Below are positions 61,166 through 64,000 of a stretch of DNA of 64,000 nt, one piece after another. The stretch comes from Myxococcota bacterium. Lineage in GTDB: Bacteria > Myxococcota_A > UBA796 > GCA-2862545. The notes beneath the pieces were generated by a model that worked only from the letters and a program-made list of their open reading frames with translations, ran no database searches and had not been told where the DNA came from. Numbering within the stretch: the first letter of the stretch is position 1; the number at the start of each line of letters is the position of its first letter. Location: contig JBCCQY010000023.1 of assembly GCA_039208735.1 (NCBI GenBank), forward strand, positions 1 to 64,000, in the 5' to 3' direction. A program made the translations under genes and the position numbers.

Positions 61166-62955
61166 GGGGAGCGGCCCTCGAGTTCGGCCACCAGCTCCGC
61201 CAGACGGGCATCGCGCCCATTGACGTCCCAGTAAAATCGGTCCAGGAACGAGAGGTCCGCCGTTAGCTGATCCCGTGACAATGAAGGAACGGTCGGCAAA
61301 TACCCTTCGCGGTAGAACCGATCGAAGTCGGCCACGGGAAGCTCGGGCGCTTCCGTACGCCATCGTTCGATCAACGCCCGATCGTAGCGCCGCAGGAGCC
61401 AACGGCGGCGGCTTCGCCAAGGCGGGGGCAGTGAAATCTCGCGCACCGCATCCCACTTGCTCCGCTTCTTCGAGCGTTCGAGCACGACCCCGCGCTTGTC
61501 GAGGTAGCCAGGCGGTGGGTGTTTCTCGTGACCCGGACGGCCGCGTTGGGTCACGGGCTGCCGCGCGACGAGGGGGTCGGTGAGGCCCAACAGATCGATG
61601 ACCGGCATGCGTGAGTAGAACCCCAGCATGCCAATGCCCGACGTGGCCAACGGAAACACAATGCCACGCTGTTCGAGGTGGGTTCCAAACGCCTGACCCG
61701 CGTAGAAGTTCGAATGATCCACCACCAATGGAGACCACGAAACGACCGGGTAGATCGTGCCTTCATCGGCAAGGCCCATCTGAATGTGCCGCGGTTCGAC
61801 CAAGGGCACCCCGCGCGCACTGCCCAACAGGAGGGCCCCCAACGCAATGGCAAGGGCGGGCCTGCGGCCGTGGAGATGGGCAAACGTTCGTTCAGCCGCC
61901 AACAGGAGCAACGGCACCATCACCACAAAGAATCGACCCAGCATGAAATCGCCGCCTACCTTCAGGACGTAGGCGTGCCACACCACTCCCATGGCGCCTA
62001 CCAAGGCGGCGAAACGCTGTTCGTCTCCTCGTGCGAGGGCCACCCACGCGACGGCCGGACCCACCAACAGCCAAAGATGGCCCGCGACATAGCTCGCGGA
62101 CATGTAGAACAGTCCGTACGATACGTAGGTTTGGCCTGCACTCTTCGCGTAGTAGGTGTTGGGCATGATGTCGCCGTAGAAGGCGAGCTTGCCGAGGAGG
62201 ACGACCGCGAGAAGGCCTAGCGGCGCGAGGTAGCGCAACATCCGCGCTGCGTCGCGTCGTGGCCAAGCCTCAAGTGCGGTGGCTACGAAGCCCATCCCCC
62301 AAAACAACGCCTGATCGAGCCGAACCACAACCCCGATCATCCAAATCAGGCTGGCCCAGCCAGGACGCCCTCGAAGCCACGCGAGTAAGCCCGCCAGCAA
62401 GAGCACCGCGGTGAATTCGGTTTCGAGTCCTGTGGTCGCAAATGAGGTGAGAAAGTGGTGCACCAGCGCCAAACCTGCGGCCCAGGGAACCCAAGGGCCT
62501 GCGGGGTCCGGGCGGTCGTGGAGGGTGCGGGACAAACCGAGGAGCAGCCCGCCCACCAGCAGCCAAGACAGCCCACAGGCGATGAGCGCAACGTGCTCGA
62601 TGGAGCCCGGGAGTAGGGCCCACCCAACGGCAAGGAGCACGGTCCACCCTAGGTTTGTGATGCCTTCGACCCGTTCTCCCGGGTTCCACACTAAGCCGTG
62701 GCCCGACAGCAGATTGTCGGCGTGCCGAAAACTGATGAACGCGTCGTCGACGAGGGAGGCTTGTTGAACGACGAAACCGAGTCCGAGGAGCCCGGCCACC
62801 CCCACGAGGACTGGCGCAAGGGCTTTGGGCCAACGCGCCGCGGTGGCTGCCAACCCTGCGCCGAACAAGGCCAAGACGAGCATCACGGGCCATGCCGCGG
62901 ACTCGGTCGCGAGCAGTCGGGTGCCCAATTCGCCCCAAGCCGGAGATGCGGTCAT
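61162..62955 (-). CDS. GT-C-type membrane glycosyltransferase-like protein
   Basis: DDAFISFR, GERVEG, PNTYYAK, GGDFM, IDLLGLTD, PGHEK; many TM segments. Confidence 0.8.
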   Translation of the reverse strand: MTASPAWGELGTRLLATESAAWPVMLVLALFGAGLAATAARWPKALAPVLVGVAGLLGLGFVVQQASLVDDAFISFRHADNLLSGHGLVWNPGERVEGITNLGWTVLLAVGWALLPGSIEHVALIACGLSWLLVGGLLLGLSRTLHDRPDPAGPWVPWAAGLALVHHFLTSFATTGLETEFTAVLLLAGLLAWLRGRPGWASLIWMIGVVVRLDQALFWGMGFVATALEAWPRRDAARMLRYLAPLGLLAVVLLGKLAFYGDIMPNTYYAKSAGQTYVSYGLFYMSASYVAGHLWLLVGPAVAWVALARGDEQRFAALVGAMGVVWHAYVLKVGGDFMLGRFFVVMVPLLLLAAERTFAHLHGRRPALAIALGALLLGSARGVPLVEPRHIQMGLADEGTIYPVVSWSPLVVDHSNFYAGQAFGTHLEQRGIVFPLATSGIGMLGFYSRMPVIDLLGLTDPLVARQPVTQRGRPGHEKHPPPGYLDKRGVVLERSKKRSKWDAVREISLPPPWRSRRRWLLRRYDRALIERWRTEAPELPVADFDRFYREGYLPTVPSLSRDQLTADLSFLDRFYWDVNGRDARLAELVAELEGRSP

Positions 62956-64000
62956 GGCTGCACCTCGTCGATCGCGCGAAGGTGTCCGATGGCCCCCGTT
63001 CCTTTCCCGCGAGGCCGGATGAATAGGGTGTCGGCCCCTTCACCGAGGTCCTCGGGAGCGACGGCGAGTCGGTGAAGCGTGAGGTCACCGCGCTCGTGTT
63101 TGCCGAGTGGCTCGGCTTTCACTTGTCGACGGGCCAGGACCTCGTCCTTACGCCGCCACTCGACCATGTAGCCGAGGCCATCGGCCAACCCCAATTCGAT
63201 GGATGCAGGGTTTTGGAGCGAGTCATCTAGGGCAATTGCAAGACCACGTTGGTCGAACATAGTGACGCCCCGGACCCGTCGTGATGTGCCGGACTCCATC
63301 ACTGTCGCGAAATCCGAGGCGGTCCGTTGCAGTGGACCCTGGCTGCATTGGACGGTCACCGCTTCATCCGTGCGCACGATGCGAAGGCCTTCCACGAAAG
63401 TGCGTCGCTCGGCGGGCCGCAGGACCACATCGAGCGACGTGCGCTGGTCGAGTTCGATCACGTCGCGTTCCGTCGGGGCGGGCAAGACCTGGTCTGTCGT
63501 CACCCCGCGGCATCGGAACCTAGCCTGTATGTCGTCAGCGACTTCGACGGTCCAACGTCCCGCGGGAACTGCAATCCGAAACAACTCACCGGGATTGTTC
63601 GGTTCGATGCGCGTCAGCACGGTACGGCCACGGAGGTACGCGGGAGCCCCTTTGTGGCGAGCCAACAGGTAGCCGGGCACCGCAATCGCGTCGGGGGTTC
63701 GGACGACTCCGAGCGGACCATCTTCCCGACGCAAGAACAGGTGGACCGACCACCACCGGCGCCGCACCTGGACCTTGAGGTTCACGTACTGGTAGAAGTC
63801 GTCGAACTCCGCGTGACGGAGCATGCCGCGCGCACTGATGTAGCGGGGGCGCGTGGTCCCATTGGTGCCATTGAACAGCATCAAATCTGGCTTGCGGGAC
63901 CACACATAGTCGGCGTTCCCGAGGTCATGACCCAAGGCACGGCCCCCGAACTGGGGAGGAGGATGGTGCGCGAGCCATCGATCGTTGAGGCCGAGGAGAT
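62952..64000 (-). CDS. C-terminal part of a paralogous GT-C-like protein (partial)
   Basis: Frame open to the window edge: LLGLNDRWLAH..GHD..YVWSRKPDL. Confidence 0.65.
   Translation of the reverse strand, partial: LLGLNDRWLAHHPPPQFGGRALGHDLGNADYVWSRKPDLMLFNGTNGTTRPRYISARGMLRHAEFDDFYQYVNLKVQVRRRWWSVHLFLRREDGPLGVVRTPDAIAVPGYLLARHKGAPAYLRGRTVLTRIEPNNPGELFRIAVPAGRWTVEVADDIQARFRCRGVTTDQVLPAPTERDVIELDQRTSLDVVLRPAERRTFVEGLRIVRTDEAVTVQCSQGPLQRTASDFATVMESGTSRRVRGVTMFDQRGLAIALDDSLQNPASIELGLADGLGYMVEWRRKDEVLARRQVKAEPLGKHERGDLTLHRLAVAPEDLGEGADTLFIRPRGKGTGAIGHLRAIDEVQP

Overview
GC-rich bacterial chromosomal window, probably from a Myxococcota-like deltaproteobacterium. That assignment is inferred from a MYXO-CTERM-like tail, DCDD cysteine repeats and a TonB-fused TonB-dependent receptor. 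The first 274 nt are a perfect fold-back inversion, probably an amplification or assembly artefact. 0.9-11.3 kb holds an atypical GrpE-Hsp70-J/TerB-like chaperone trio, a motif-degenerate RecG-like protein, greA, lepA, rpsT, holA, rpsU, a TlpA, tRNA-Leu(TAA) and tRNA-Ala(GGC). 11.5-36.5 kb holds lipoproteins, a TonB/ExbBD/receptor operon with a two-component system, hydrolases, ClpP, a structured intergenic region, a stop-interrupted surface protein, a pseudokinase, trmK, a BPI-like protein, a crotonase, meaB, rsmD and a biliverdin-reductase-like enzyme. 36.7-44.5 kb is a complete alternative complex III operon (actA-F). 44.6-61.2 kb is an accessory region starting at a tyrosine integrase. It contains gene remnants, a reductive-dehalogenase-like Fe-S protein with TetR, a Fur/Zur-linked uptake cluster, RidA/WYL, a SAM-I riboswitch with hom-metB, YeeE/YedE, an SDR, an ECF sigma factor and a truncated LysR. 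Two GT-C-like membrane proteins end the window. All product calls come from motif recognition by eye; no database searches were run.
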